Shown here piece after piece: positions 33,973-42,606 of a DNA stretch of 64,000 bases. The translations under genes were made by a program, and so were the position numbers. Under the pieces are notes generated by a model. It saw only the letters and a program-made list of their open reading frames with translations. It had not been told where the DNA came from and did no database searches. The number at the start of each line of letters is the position of its first letter. Position 1 is the first letter of the stretch. This DNA comes from Candidatus Bipolaricaulia bacterium (lineage in GTDB: Bacteria > Bipolaricaulota > Bipolaricaulia > RBG-16-55-9): the NCBI GenBank assembly GCA_042219045.1, contig JBDGQO010000033.1:32001-96000 (forward strand). Direction: 5' to 3'.

Positions 33973-35241
33973 ATGGATTACATCATCGAGGGCGGGCATC
34001 CGCTCCACGGCCGCATCGCCGTGCCGGGGGCCAAGAACGCCGCCCTCCACATCCTCGTCGCGACGCTGTTGACCGATGCCCCGATCGAGATCGATCGCGT
34101 CCCGTCCGTTCGCGACGTTGACACGCTGAGTTCGCTGCTGAGGAGCCTCGGCAAACGGATCGAGCCCGACGGCGCGGAACGCCGTCGGGTAACGCCGTCG
34201 GGGCCCCTGCGGGCCGAAGCTCCCGTGGACGAGGTGCGCAATACACGGGCGTCGTTCCACGTGTTGGGGCCTTTGTTGGCACGCTGTGGCCAAGCGACCG
34301 TGCCGACCCCGGGCGGGGATCGGATCGGAGAACGTCCCGTCGATCTCCACCTAGATGGCCTCCGAGCTATGGGCGCTGCCATTGACGAGTACGACGGCTT
34401 CGTCCGCGCGAGGGCCCAGACGTTGGCGCCCGCTGACATCCGGCTGCGCTTTCCCTCGGTGGGCGCCACGGAGCACTTGATGATGACGGCCGCGCACGTG
34501 CCGGGCCGGACCGTCATCCGCAACCCCGCCCCCGAGCCCGAGGTCCAAGACTTGAGTCGGTTCCTGACGACGCTCGGTGCCGCGGTCGAGTGCCACCCGA
34601 CGTACGTGGCGGTTGAGGGGCGTCGGCATCTGCACGGCGGCGAGCACGCCATCATGCCGGATCGACTGCAGGCGGGAACGCTGGCCATCGGCGCGGCGCT
34701 TGCGGGCGGCGAGTTGGACATCCGCTGCGATCCCTGGCACGTTCGTCCGCTGACCGCTACACTTCAAGCAATGACGATCGACATCGCGGAGCGCGCCGAC
34801 GGCCTCGTCGTTCGTGGCACGGCCCCGCGAGAGTACCGTCCGACCGCCATCGAGACCCGACCCTATCCCGGTTTCCCCACTGACATGCATCCGCCCATTA
34901 TGCCGTTGTTGGCGCTGACGCCGGGCGAGAGCCGGCTCACGGAGACGATCTTTGGGGACCGATTCTCCTACGCCGACGGCCTCCGCCGGCTCGGCGCGGA
35001 CGTGAGCGTCGAGGGTCGCACGGCGAGGGTCAAGGGCGTTGCTCAACTCAGTGGCGGTGACGTCGAGGAGCGGCGCGACAATCGGGCTGCCGCGGCTCTC
35101 GTGTTGGCCGGTCTCGCGGCCGAGGGGACGACGGTCGTGCGCGACGAGTACCATCACGTCTCGCGCGGCTACGGCGACTTCGCCGCAACGCTTTCGGAAT
35201 TGGGGGCGATGATCTGGACCGATGAGCAACCGTCTCATTGA
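33973..35241 (+). CDS. murA: UDP-N-acetylglucosamine 1-carboxyvinyltransferase (Asp at the Cys115 position)
   Basis: GAKNAAL, PGGDRIGERPVDLH, SVGATE, YPGFPTD. Confidence 0.95.
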   Translation: MDYIIEGGHPLHGRIAVPGAKNAALHILVATLLTDAPIEIDRVPSVRDVDTLSSLLRSLGKRIEPDGAERRRVTPSGPLRAEAPVDEVRNTRASFHVLGPLLARCGQATVPTPGGDRIGERPVDLHLDGLRAMGAAIDEYDGFVRARAQTLAPADIRLRFPSVGATEHLMMTAAHVPGRTVIRNPAPEPEVQDLSRFLTTLGAAVECHPTYVAVEGRRHLHGGEHAIMPDRLQAGTLAIGAALAGGELDIRCDPWHVRPLTATLQAMTIDIAERADGLVVRGTAPREYRPTAIETRPYPGFPTDMHPPIMPLLALTPGESRLTETIFGDRFSYADGLRRLGADVSVEGRTARVKGVAQLSGGDVEERRDNRAAAALVLAGLAAEGTTVVRDEYHHVSRGYGDFAATLSELGAMIWTDEQPSH

Positions 35242-36556
35242 GGATCGCACCGGGCACCGATCCCGAGTCTATGGGCGCGAACGGGCGATTCTGGTCGGCG
35301 TCGTCGCCGACCGGAGCCCGGAGGAGCGCGAGATGATGCAGGAGCTCGTCGAGTTGAGCCGCACGGCGGGCATCGAGGTGCTGCGCGTGGTGACCCAGCG
35401 CCGCGATCGGCCCGATTCGGCGACGTTCATCGGCGCGGGCAAGGCCGATCAGCTATACGAGCTTGCCGCGGAGTCCGGGGCCGACGCGATCGTCTTCAAC
35501 GACTCCCTGACGCCGGCCCAAGGCCGCAACCTCGAGGAACGCGTCGGCGTCAAGGTCATCGATCGGGCGCAGCTCATCCTTGACATCTTTGCACAACGGG
35601 CCGAGAGCAAGGAGTCGAAGCTCCAGGTCGAGTTGGCCCAATTGGAGTATCTGCTGCCGCGGTTGCGCGGCTGGGGCGAAGCCCTCGGCCAGATGGGCGG
35701 CGGCATCGGAACCCGAGGCCCGGGTGAGACGCGCCTGGAGATGGAGCGGCAGACGATCGAGCATCGCATCCACGACATCAAGGATCGGCTGGAGCAGGCA
35801 GCCAAAGAACGTCGCCTGCGCCGCAAGCGCCGCGACCGACAGTCGGTGCCGGAGATCGCGCTCGTCGGTTACACGAACACGGGGAAGTCGACGCTGCTGC
35901 GGGCATTGTGCGATACGGAAGCCCGCGTGGAGGATAAGCTGTTCGCCACCCTCTCGCCCAAGGTCCGCCAGGCCGAGTTGCCGGACGAGCGCCATGTCGT
36001 CTTTGTTGACACCGTCGGGTTCATCCGCAAGCTGCCGCACCAGCTCGTGCCGGCGTTCCGCGCGACGCTGGAGTCCGCCGAAAAGGCCGAGCTGTTGATC
36101 AACGTGTTGGATGCCTCCAGCCGCAGCGTGCTGGAGCAGGCCCGGACCATCCAGGGCGTCTTGAACGATTTGTTCGGGGACGAGGCACGGCCGCCCATGA
36201 TACACGTTCTGAACAAGGTCGACCGGCTCGAGAGCGATGCGGACCTGAGACGTCTGCGGGAAGCGCGACTGGAACTGTCGCCGCTCGTGGAGGTCTCGGC
36301 CATCGACGAGCACAACCTTGACGGGCTGCTTGACGAGGTGAGCCGACTCCTGGCCTCAAGCCGTGAGCGGGTCCGTGTGGAGATCCCCTACAAACAAGCT
36401 GGGTTGGTGGAAAAGCTCCACGACTGGGGCCGCGTCCACGAGGAACGCTACGAGGCCGACGGCATCGTCATGGAAGCTGATCTTGACCGGGCCCAGATCG
36501 GGTCGCTGGAGAAACTGGGGGCCGAGAACGGCCTGCGGCTCATCCGCGCAACGTAA
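35222..36556 (+). CDS. hflX: GTPase HflX
   Basis: LILDIFAQRA, GTRGPGE, GYTNTGKS, DTVGFI, NKVD. Confidence 0.96.
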   Translation: MSNRLIEDRTGHRSRVYGRERAILVGVVADRSPEEREMMQELVELSRTAGIEVLRVVTQRRDRPDSATFIGAGKADQLYELAAESGADAIVFNDSLTPAQGRNLEERVGVKVIDRAQLILDIFAQRAESKESKLQVELAQLEYLLPRLRGWGEALGQMGGGIGTRGPGETRLEMERQTIEHRIHDIKDRLEQAAKERRLRRKRRDRQSVPEIALVGYTNTGKSTLLRALCDTEARVEDKLFATLSPKVRQAELPDERHVVFVDTVGFIRKLPHQLVPAFRATLESAEKAELLINVLDASSRSVLEQARTIQGVLNDLFGDEARPPMIHVLNKVDRLESDADLRRLREARLELSPLVEVSAIDEHNLDGLLDEVSRLLASSRERVRVEIPYKQAGLVEKLHDWGRVHEERYEADGIVMEADLDRAQIGSLEKLGAENGLRLIRAT

Positions 36557-37565
36557 ACAGCAACGATTCCAGCGTCAGCCGCGCGTTGGCGTTGGCCTGC
36601 AACAGCCTGGGGACGGCCTCCAACGCCTGAATGCACGCCCGGATGTGGGATGCGCTCGTCGCTGCCCGACGCGTCCGGAGTTCCTCTATCGCGTCCCGAT
36701 GAAAAATACAGTCGTCAAATTCGCCCGCCAGCGCCATATCGCGATACCAGCGGAGCGCGTCGTGGACAAAGGCCTCGAGCGCGGCTTCGCCCAGCTTGCT
36801 GAGTGCCTGCGCGGTCTCCAGGGTCTCATGGATCGGTTGATCCGCGAGTCGGCGCAAAAGCTCCCGCGTGCCTTCGTGGACCTGGACGGCGTCGTCACTG
36901 TCTAAAACCTCCGTCAGCGTCGCAAGGTCGGCGTCGCGCATAACCTCCTGCGCGCGGTCGCGGCGCTCCAGGACGTTGTCGGTCGGGTCCGATTCGGCGA
37001 TAACGCCCGCCGCCCGGCTGGGAGCACCGTCGACGAGCGCGTTCCAATACGCGATTTCCTCGGTGGAGCGCCCATGCGAGCGGAGCGTCTCCTGGACGCG
37101 AGCGCGACTGGGCGGGGCGGCGCGCAGCACCTGACAGCGCGACAGGATGGTCGGCAGGAGCTGGCTCACGTGGCGCGCCAGCAACAGCACCATCGTCTGC
37201 GGCGGTGGGGCCTCCAGAAGCTTCAGGAGGCTGTTTGAGGCCTCGCGACTGAGGGCGTCGGCTTCCGCAAGCACGTAGACCTTCTGTGGGGCTTCCAACG
37301 GGCGGTAGCGGGCGTCCTGTTGGAGGTTGCGGACCTGATCGATGGAGATGTTGGCGCCCGATCGCTCGATCCAGCGCACGTCGGGATGGTTGGCGTTAAG
37401 GACCTTTTGGCAGGCGGGGCACGCGCGACAGCCCGCATCGGGACAGAGCAGGCGCAACAGAAGCGTCTCGGCAATCTCCGGCGTCCCCTCGCCCACAATG
37501 AGGTAGGCCTGCGACAAGTTCCCATCGGCCAACGCCTCGCCCCAGAGGGCCTCGATCGCGTCCAT
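36540..37565 (-). CDS. holB: DNA polymerase III delta' subunit
   Basis: Zn motif C...CRACPAC, HPDV, IDQVR, NSLLKLLE.P, LLPTILSRC; start trimmed to MDAIE. Confidence 0.88.
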   Translation of the reverse strand: MDAIEALWGEALADGNLSQAYLIVGEGTPEIAETLLLRLLCPDAGCRACPACQKVLNANHPDVRWIERSGANISIDQVRNLQQDARYRPLEAPQKVYVLAEADALSREASNSLLKLLEAPPPQTMVLLLARHVSQLLPTILSRCQVLRAAPPSRARVQETLRSHGRSTEEIAYWNALVDGAPSRAAGVIAESDPTDNVLERRDRAQEVMRDADLATLTEVLDSDDAVQVHEGTRELLRRLADQPIHETLETAQALSKLGEAALEAFVHDALRWYRDMALAGEFDDCIFHRDAIEELRTRRAATSASHIRACIQALEAVPRLLQANANARLTLESLLFTLRG

Positions 37566-37631
37566 AACCGATATCATAGCGCACGACGCATGCCGATTTC
37601 GAGGCGAGAGACCTCGGCCTATAATGGATCG

Positions 37632-38564
37632 ATGATCGCATCCCCATGGCTCCTGGCGTTGGCCATCGCCGTGCCGTTGACGCTCATCCTTGCCGACCGG
37701 CTTCGGGTTTGGGCGCCGACGTTCGGGCTCGTCGACTCGTCCGATCGGCGCAAGCCGCACTGCGGCGACGTTCCCGTGGGCGGGCTCGCCGTCATTGTCG
37801 GCAGCGTGGCGGCCCTGATCCCGTTGCTTATCCAGACGCCCTCGCTCGGCTGGTGGCTGGCCGGGGCGCTCGTCGTCTCGCTCGTGGGCCTTGTCGACGA
37901 TCGTCTGTCCCTGTCACCGCTCGTGAAGCTCGGGGCTCACGCCGTCGCTGCAGGGCTGGCGCTCCAACATGGCTGGGACGTGCGCGCTGTGTCGATCTTC
38001 GGATGGGAGGTCCAGCTGGGCATCGCGGCGGATCCCTTCGTCGGGATGTGGATCGTCGGCATGACGAACGCGTTCAACCTGACTGACGGGTTGGACGGCC
38101 TTGCGTGCGGCGCCGCGGTTGTGCTGGCCCTTGCGTCGGGCGTCATGAGCGCCGTCTCCAGCGATGGGCAGGCACTGGCAATCGGCTGCGCCCTGGGCGG
38201 GTCGGCGTTGAGCTTTCTGTGGTTCAATCGCCATCCGGCCCAGGTGTTCCTGGGCGACGGGGGCAGTTACTTCCTCGGCTTTCTGCTCGCGCTTGTGACC
38301 CTGCGAGCTGTCGATCCCGCCGGGTCGTCCCCGGTGCCGTTGGACGCGCTCGGGATCATGTGGGGATACCCGATCGTCGACACGTCCTGGGCCATTGTGC
38401 GGCGAATCAAGGAAAAGCGCCCGATCCTGTCGCCGGATCGGGCGCATCTCCATCATCGCTTATTAAGCGCGGTCGGCCGCTATCGCACGAGCGTTTGGGC
38501 TCTCTATGGGGGCTTTGTGCTCTTGGCCATTGTCGGCGTTGCCGTGTGGACGCTCGGCCGTTAG
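37632..38564 (+). CDS. MraY/WecA-family undecaprenyl-phosphate sugar-1-phosphate transferase
   Basis: GLVDD, NAFNLTDGLDGLA, VFLGDGGS, DRAHLHH. Confidence 0.9.
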   Translation: MIASPWLLALAIAVPLTLILADRLRVWAPTFGLVDSSDRRKPHCGDVPVGGLAVIVGSVAALIPLLIQTPSLGWWLAGALVVSLVGLVDDRLSLSPLVKLGAHAVAAGLALQHGWDVRAVSIFGWEVQLGIAADPFVGMWIVGMTNAFNLTDGLDGLACGAAVVLALASGVMSAVSSDGQALAIGCALGGSALSFLWFNRHPAQVFLGDGGSYFLGFLLALVTLRAVDPAGSSPVPLDALGIMWGYPIVDTSWAIVRRIKEKRPILSPDRAHLHHRLLSAVGRYRTSVWALYGGFVLLAIVGVAVWTLGR

Positions 38565-39265
38565 CGGCGCATGCCGAGGAACATCAGCACGAAGTAAGCC
38601 AGTTGCAGCACGGCGGTGGCCGCGGCCGCTACGTATGTCAACGCGGCGGCGTTGAGCACCTTGCCGACGGATTGATGTTCCTGTTTGGAGGAGAGCGCGC
38701 CCACTTGGGGAAGGAGCTGCATGGCCCGGCTGCTGGCGTTGAACTCCACGGGCAATGTAACCAGCGTGAACACCACCATCGCGGCAAACGCGATAATGCC
38801 GACTAGCGCCAGTCCAGTGAAGTTCAGCAGGATGCCGCCAATGATGAGCCATGGGGCGAGCTGGCTCCCGATATTGGCCACGGGCACCACGGCGGAGCGG
38901 ATCACCAAGGGCTGGTAGCGAGCGGCATCTTGGAGGGCGTGGCCGGCCTCGTGAGCGGCGACGCCGATGTCGGCGAGCGACTTGCTCTCGGGATTGGAAA
39001 GGCGCAGGACCTTCTTCCTCGGGTCGTAGTGGTCCCCGAGCTGGCCGTCGATAGATTCGATGGCCACGTCCCGCAGACGAGGTTGGCTCAGAGAAGTGGC
39101 GCCTCGGTCTAGGATGCGTTCCGCCACCTGTCGGGCCGTCAAGCCGGACGACGCGTTCACTTGCGCGAACTTGTTGTAGGTCCGCTTCACTTTGCTTTGC
39201 GCATAGATCGTCAAGATCAATGCGGGAGCCAGGAACAAGAGGTATAGGGGCGAAAAGAAGAACAT
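38561..39265 (-). CDS. Membrane zinc metallopeptidase (YugP-like)
   Basis: DHYDP, AAHEAGHALQ, TLPVEFNASSRA, AAALTY. Confidence 0.92.
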   Translation of the reverse strand: MFFFSPLYLLFLAPALILTIYAQSKVKRTYNKFAQVNASSGLTARQVAERILDRGATSLSQPRLRDVAIESIDGQLGDHYDPRKKVLRLSNPESKSLADIGVAAHEAGHALQDAARYQPLVIRSAVVPVANIGSQLAPWLIIGGILLNFTGLALVGIIAFAAMVVFTLVTLPVEFNASSRAMQLLPQVGALSSKQEHQSVGKVLNAAALTYVAAAATAVLQLAYFVLMFLGMRR

Positions 39266-39312
39266 AGCGGTCTCACCTCATTCGAGTAACCTGTGATCAG
39301 TCAGTCTTCGAC

Positions 39313-39341
39313 ATTATAGAGGGCTGTTCCGCCCCTCACAA
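39313..39341 (-). promoter_or_regulatory. Sigma70-type promoter of the zinc peptidase gene
   Basis: Minus strand TTGTGA-17 bp-TATAAT. Confidence 0.55.
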
Positions 39342-39546
39342 GGCGGATGAACACGGCTTGAGGTGACAAACCACTCGGACCCTGGGTGGTTCAACAGGGT
39401 AACACGCCCTGGTTCATTTCCATCATGAGATCATCCAGGGCTGGAGACACGAGATACCCCGATGAAGAACGACGCGCTTCCGTAGTGGCTGGAGGAGACG
39501 GATCTCACTCGCTATCATGAGGTCCATCGGGAAGCGAAACCGACAT

Positions 39547-39617
39547 TGGGGCGTGGTGTAATGGCAGCACTCCGGCCTTTGGAGCCGGCTGTGGAGGTTC
39601 AAATCCTCCCGCCCCAA
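39547..39617 (+). tRNA. tRNA-Gln(UUG), CCA not encoded
   Basis: Acceptor TGGGGCG/CGCCCCA, anticodon arm CCGGC-CT TTG GA-GCCGG, T-loop GGTTCAAATCC. Confidence 0.95.
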
Positions 39618-39625
39618 CCCGCAGA

Positions 39626-40327
39626 ATGAATACACAATCGAATCTGGCGACCCTCTGCCAGTCCCTCGATCTGCCCCTCAGCGAAGCCGAACTCCAGGCA
39701 GCGTTTCTGCACAGCTCCTACGTCAACGAGTTGCCCGAGTCGGGGTTGACGTCCAATGAGCGACTGGAGTTTTTGGGAGACGCTGTCGTCGATCTGGCCG
39801 TCAGCGAATACCTCTTCGACAACGTCCCGCACGCCGAAGGCCGTCTGACGCGCATCAAAGCCGTGGTGGTGAGCGGCCCAACGCTCGCTGCCCGAGCTCG
39901 GCAGCTCCAGCTCCAGGACTGTCTCTATTTGGGCCGAGGCGAGGAGGCCTCGGGCGGACGCCAGCGGGAATCGATCCTGAGCGACACGTTCGAGGCGCTC
40001 GTTGGCGTCGTCTTTACACACCGCGGCTACGACGAGGCCGCGCGCTTCGTGCTCGATCAGCTGGAGGCCGACATTGAAAAGGCGCTGCGCGGCGAGCACC
40101 GACGAGATTACAAGACGCTGCTGCAGGAGCAGGCCCAGCGCCAGGGCCTCCGTCCGGTCTACTCGCTTGTGGCCGCCGAGGGCGCCGATCACGCCAAGCA
40201 CTTCACGGTGCAGGTGGACCTGAACGGCGAGACAGCTCAGGGTGACGGGCGCCGCGTCAAGGACGCGGAACAAGCAGCCGCAAAACGGCTCTGCCAGCGT
40301 CTTGAAATCGTGGCAACGGAGGTCTAG
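39626..40327 (+). CDS. rnc: Ribonuclease III
   Basis: NERLEFLGDAV, SDTFEAL, dsRBD DYKTLLQE...AEQAAA. Confidence 0.97.
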   Translation: MNTQSNLATLCQSLDLPLSEAELQAAFLHSSYVNELPESGLTSNERLEFLGDAVVDLAVSEYLFDNVPHAEGRLTRIKAVVVSGPTLAARARQLQLQDCLYLGRGEEASGGRQRESILSDTFEALVGVVFTHRGYDEAARFVLDQLEADIEKALRGEHRRDYKTLLQEQAQRQGLRPVYSLVAAEGADHAKHFTVQVDLNGETAQGDGRRVKDAEQAAAKRLCQRLEIVATEV

Positions 40328-40361
40328 AATAGCAACGATCCAGACGTCGGGAGGGACGCGC

Positions 40362-40643
40362 ATGCCCCAGAAGGTTTTCACCACCCCGGAAGGCACCCAA
40401 GTGGAAGACGACGCTGTGGAGGTCCAGCCGGTTTCGGTCAGCAACGCAGGGCCTATCGTCTGGGAATACGATGACGACGAGCTCGCCCTGCAGCGTGTGG
40501 TGCTCCATCCGGACGGGGTTCGGCTCTGGAAGGCCGTCCATGAGATGGACAGCGACGGAAACCCGCTCATGACGTTCGAGCCCCACTTCGAAGCCGAGTC
40601 ACACGACGACCGTCCTTCCGAGAACGAAAACGAACACGACTAA
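40362..40643 (+). CDS. Small acidic hypothetical protein
   Basis: GGAGG RBS, 93 aa, fills the intergenic gap. Confidence 0.65.
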   Translation: MPQKVFTTPEGTQVEDDAVEVQPVSVSNAGPIVWEYDDDELALQRVVLHPDGVRLWKAVHEMDSDGNPLMTFEPHFEAESHDDRPSENENEHD

Positions 40644-40856
40644 TCCCACCACCTGTTCGACCTACTTCTCCATCTGGCGATCACGGCCCGATGCGGCATT
40701 GTGGCCATAGTCACATGTCTGATCAGAACGTGATCGCGTACGTCCCCGAATCTCCAATGAGAGGGTCCCCGAACACGCACAACGCCTGAATGACCCAGAA
40801 TCGCGTCCTTCCAGGCGTGGACAATCCGGCGCATGCTGACGTTGGTGAGTCATACC

Positions 40857-41303
40857 ATGCGCAAGCGTTGCACCCTTTCAGCCGTTATCGGGCTCATGGT
40901 CGTTCCCCTATTGATTGCCGGATGCACGTTCTGGATCCAGACCAGTGACGGTCGCGTGCGATCGGTCAACGTTCCCGACGACCACGTGGAACGGTTCGTC
41001 AATCGCATGGATCAGCTCAGCGCTGACCTTCTCCAGGAGACAGAGCGGATCGGCGACTATCGTCTTCGTCAAGCAGCGGTCGAACTTCGCTGGACATATA
41101 CCCAAGCTGTCGAAGGCATTGGGCAAGGGACGCCGGCTAATCCCGTCGATCTGGAGAACATCGAGGCCAAACTGGATGCGTTTGAGCGACAGCTGGATCA
41201 GCGCTTAAGCTCAGGCGCGGAGCGGCAGCGCTATCGGACCGTCCTTTGGTATTTCCAGGAGATCGAACGGGCATATCAAGAGTTCCGGGACGCCGTCCTG
41301 TAG
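40857..41303 (+). CDS. Hypothetical lipoprotein
   Basis: Signal peptide with lipobox LIAGC; helical body. Confidence 0.65.
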   Translation: MRKRCTLSAVIGLMVVPLLIAGCTFWIQTSDGRVRSVNVPDDHVERFVNRMDQLSADLLQETERIGDYRLRQAAVELRWTYTQAVEGIGQGTPANPVDLENIEAKLDAFERQLDQRLSSGAERQRYRTVLWYFQEIERAYQEFRDAVL

Positions 41304-41399
41304 ACTGGACCGATTCCCGAGCAAGGAACTCGACGTATCTGGCCAACCAATCAGGTCCTGCGGTGTCAGAGGAAGATTAAGGTACAGGCGGGCAGGCGG

Positions 41400-41475
41400 T
41401 GGTACGCCCGGGAGGACTCGAACCTCCGACCTCTGGCTCCGCAGGCCAGCGCTCTGTCCGCTGAGCTACGGGCGC
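41400..41475 (-). tRNA. tRNA-Arg(GCG)
   Basis: Minus strand GCGCCCGTAGCTCAGCGGACAGAGCG-CTGGC CT GCG GA GCCAG-AGGTCGGAGGTTCGAGTCCTCCCGGGCGTACCA. Confidence 0.95.
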
Positions 41476-41486
41476 ATGCTTCGTTT

Positions 41487-41515
41487 AGTGTAATCCGCAC
41501 CCGTTGCCCCGTCAA
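41487..41515 (-). promoter_or_regulatory. Promoter of tRNA-Arg
   Basis: Minus strand TTGACG-17 bp-TACACT, 11 nt before the tRNA. Confidence 0.65.
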
Positions 41516-41615
41516 GCGAGCCGTGCATCTCGATGAGTGGGTTCCTGCACATGGAACGCATTGACATTTGCGCCTTATCGTGGCAGGATAATTCCCGAAA
41601 GGAGGTGCTCAACCC

Positions 41616-41705
41616 ATGTCTTGGACGCTACTGTTCGCTTTCTGGTTCATCTTCTTGACCTTCTTGTTCGCCTTCCTCGTCGGCGGCCCGGCAACGACGT
41701 TCTAG
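41616..41705 (+). CDS. 29-aa hydrophobic Phe-rich small protein
   Basis: AAAGGAGGTG RBS, ATG...TAG, MSWTLLFAFWFIFLTFLFAFLVGGPATTF; TTGACA at 41561 upstream. Confidence 0.7.
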   Translation: MSWTLLFAFWFIFLTFLFAFLVGGPATTF

Positions 41706-41781
41706 GCAAAGCGCCTCGAACGATCGCGGTGCTACGGCGAGACGATCGTGGGGTTGGGGACCGTAGGCCAAGGAGGTCATC

Positions 41782-42606
41782 ATGAGGCCCTTACGGATAG
41801 GGTCGATCCTGCTTGTCGCTGCCGTCGTTGGAGCCGTCCTCGCGGTTCCGGCGCTCGGTCAAGGCGGATCAACCCAATCGCCGCTGAACGTAACCGTAAC
41901 GACCGATCGACCCAATTACGATCCGGGCGATCTGGTCACGATCACGGTTCGAGTGACCCAAAACGGACAGCCAACTTCGGCTCGGATCCACCGAGCCGTG
42001 CTCACCAAGTACAATCAGTGGGGCGTGGGCCAACAGCAGTCCATCGCCCGCCACTTCTACCAAAAGAGCCCTGGCGTTTTCGTTGCCCAGGCTAAGGCCG
42101 GGAAGCCCGGTCCGCGGCAGCTCTACGTCGCGGTCAAGACCTACCAAAAGAGCAAATGTGGCAGATGTGTCGGCATCAAGGCCGCCGGCACGGGCTCTTT
42201 TAACGTCAAGCCACGCCGTTCGAAGGTCCGGATCTGCAAGCCGGACTACGTGGTCAAGCACGTCGTCAACGTGCCGGACTGGAACGTCGATCCGCCGGTC
42301 AGTTGGGAGCTGTCGAATCGGGTCCTAAGGAACATTCGCAGCAGAGCCGGCAACGTCACGTTCGAGCTGGCCCCGGCTGGCACGGCGGTGTGGAGTTCAA
42401 TCCCGCCGTTCGGGGTCGTCAATGACGATCTCAACAACCTGAAGTACTCGAAGCTGTCGTTCAATTCGCAGACCGGAACGATTTCGGGCAACCTCGACTT
42501 TCGCGACGCAGACCGCAACAACCCGAACTGGCACTTCTACATCCGAGCCCTCAACAGTCAGGGCGATGTGGTCGCAACGGTCTGGATGCACATCGCGTTC
42601 CGCTGA
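41782..42606 (+). CDS. Secreted beta-rich hypothetical protein
   Basis: AAGGAGG RBS, signal peptide, TDRPNYDPGDLVTITV and LSFNSQTGTISG Ig-like motifs. Confidence 0.8.
   Translation: MRPLRIGSILLVAAVVGAVLAVPALGQGGSTQSPLNVTVTTDRPNYDPGDLVTITVRVTQNGQPTSARIHRAVLTKYNQWGVGQQQSIARHFYQKSPGVFVAQAKAGKPGPRQLYVAVKTYQKSKCGRCVGIKAAGTGSFNVKPRRSKVRICKPDYVVKHVVNVPDWNVDPPVSWELSNRVLRNIRSRAGNVTFELAPAGTAVWSSIPPFGVVNDDLNNLKYSKLSFNSQTGTISGNLDFRDADRNNPNWHFYIRALNSQGDVVATVWMHIAFR

Noticed and set aside
39547..42606. Possible tRNA-anchored genomic island
   Set aside because: I found no integrase and no duplicated tRNA 3' end.
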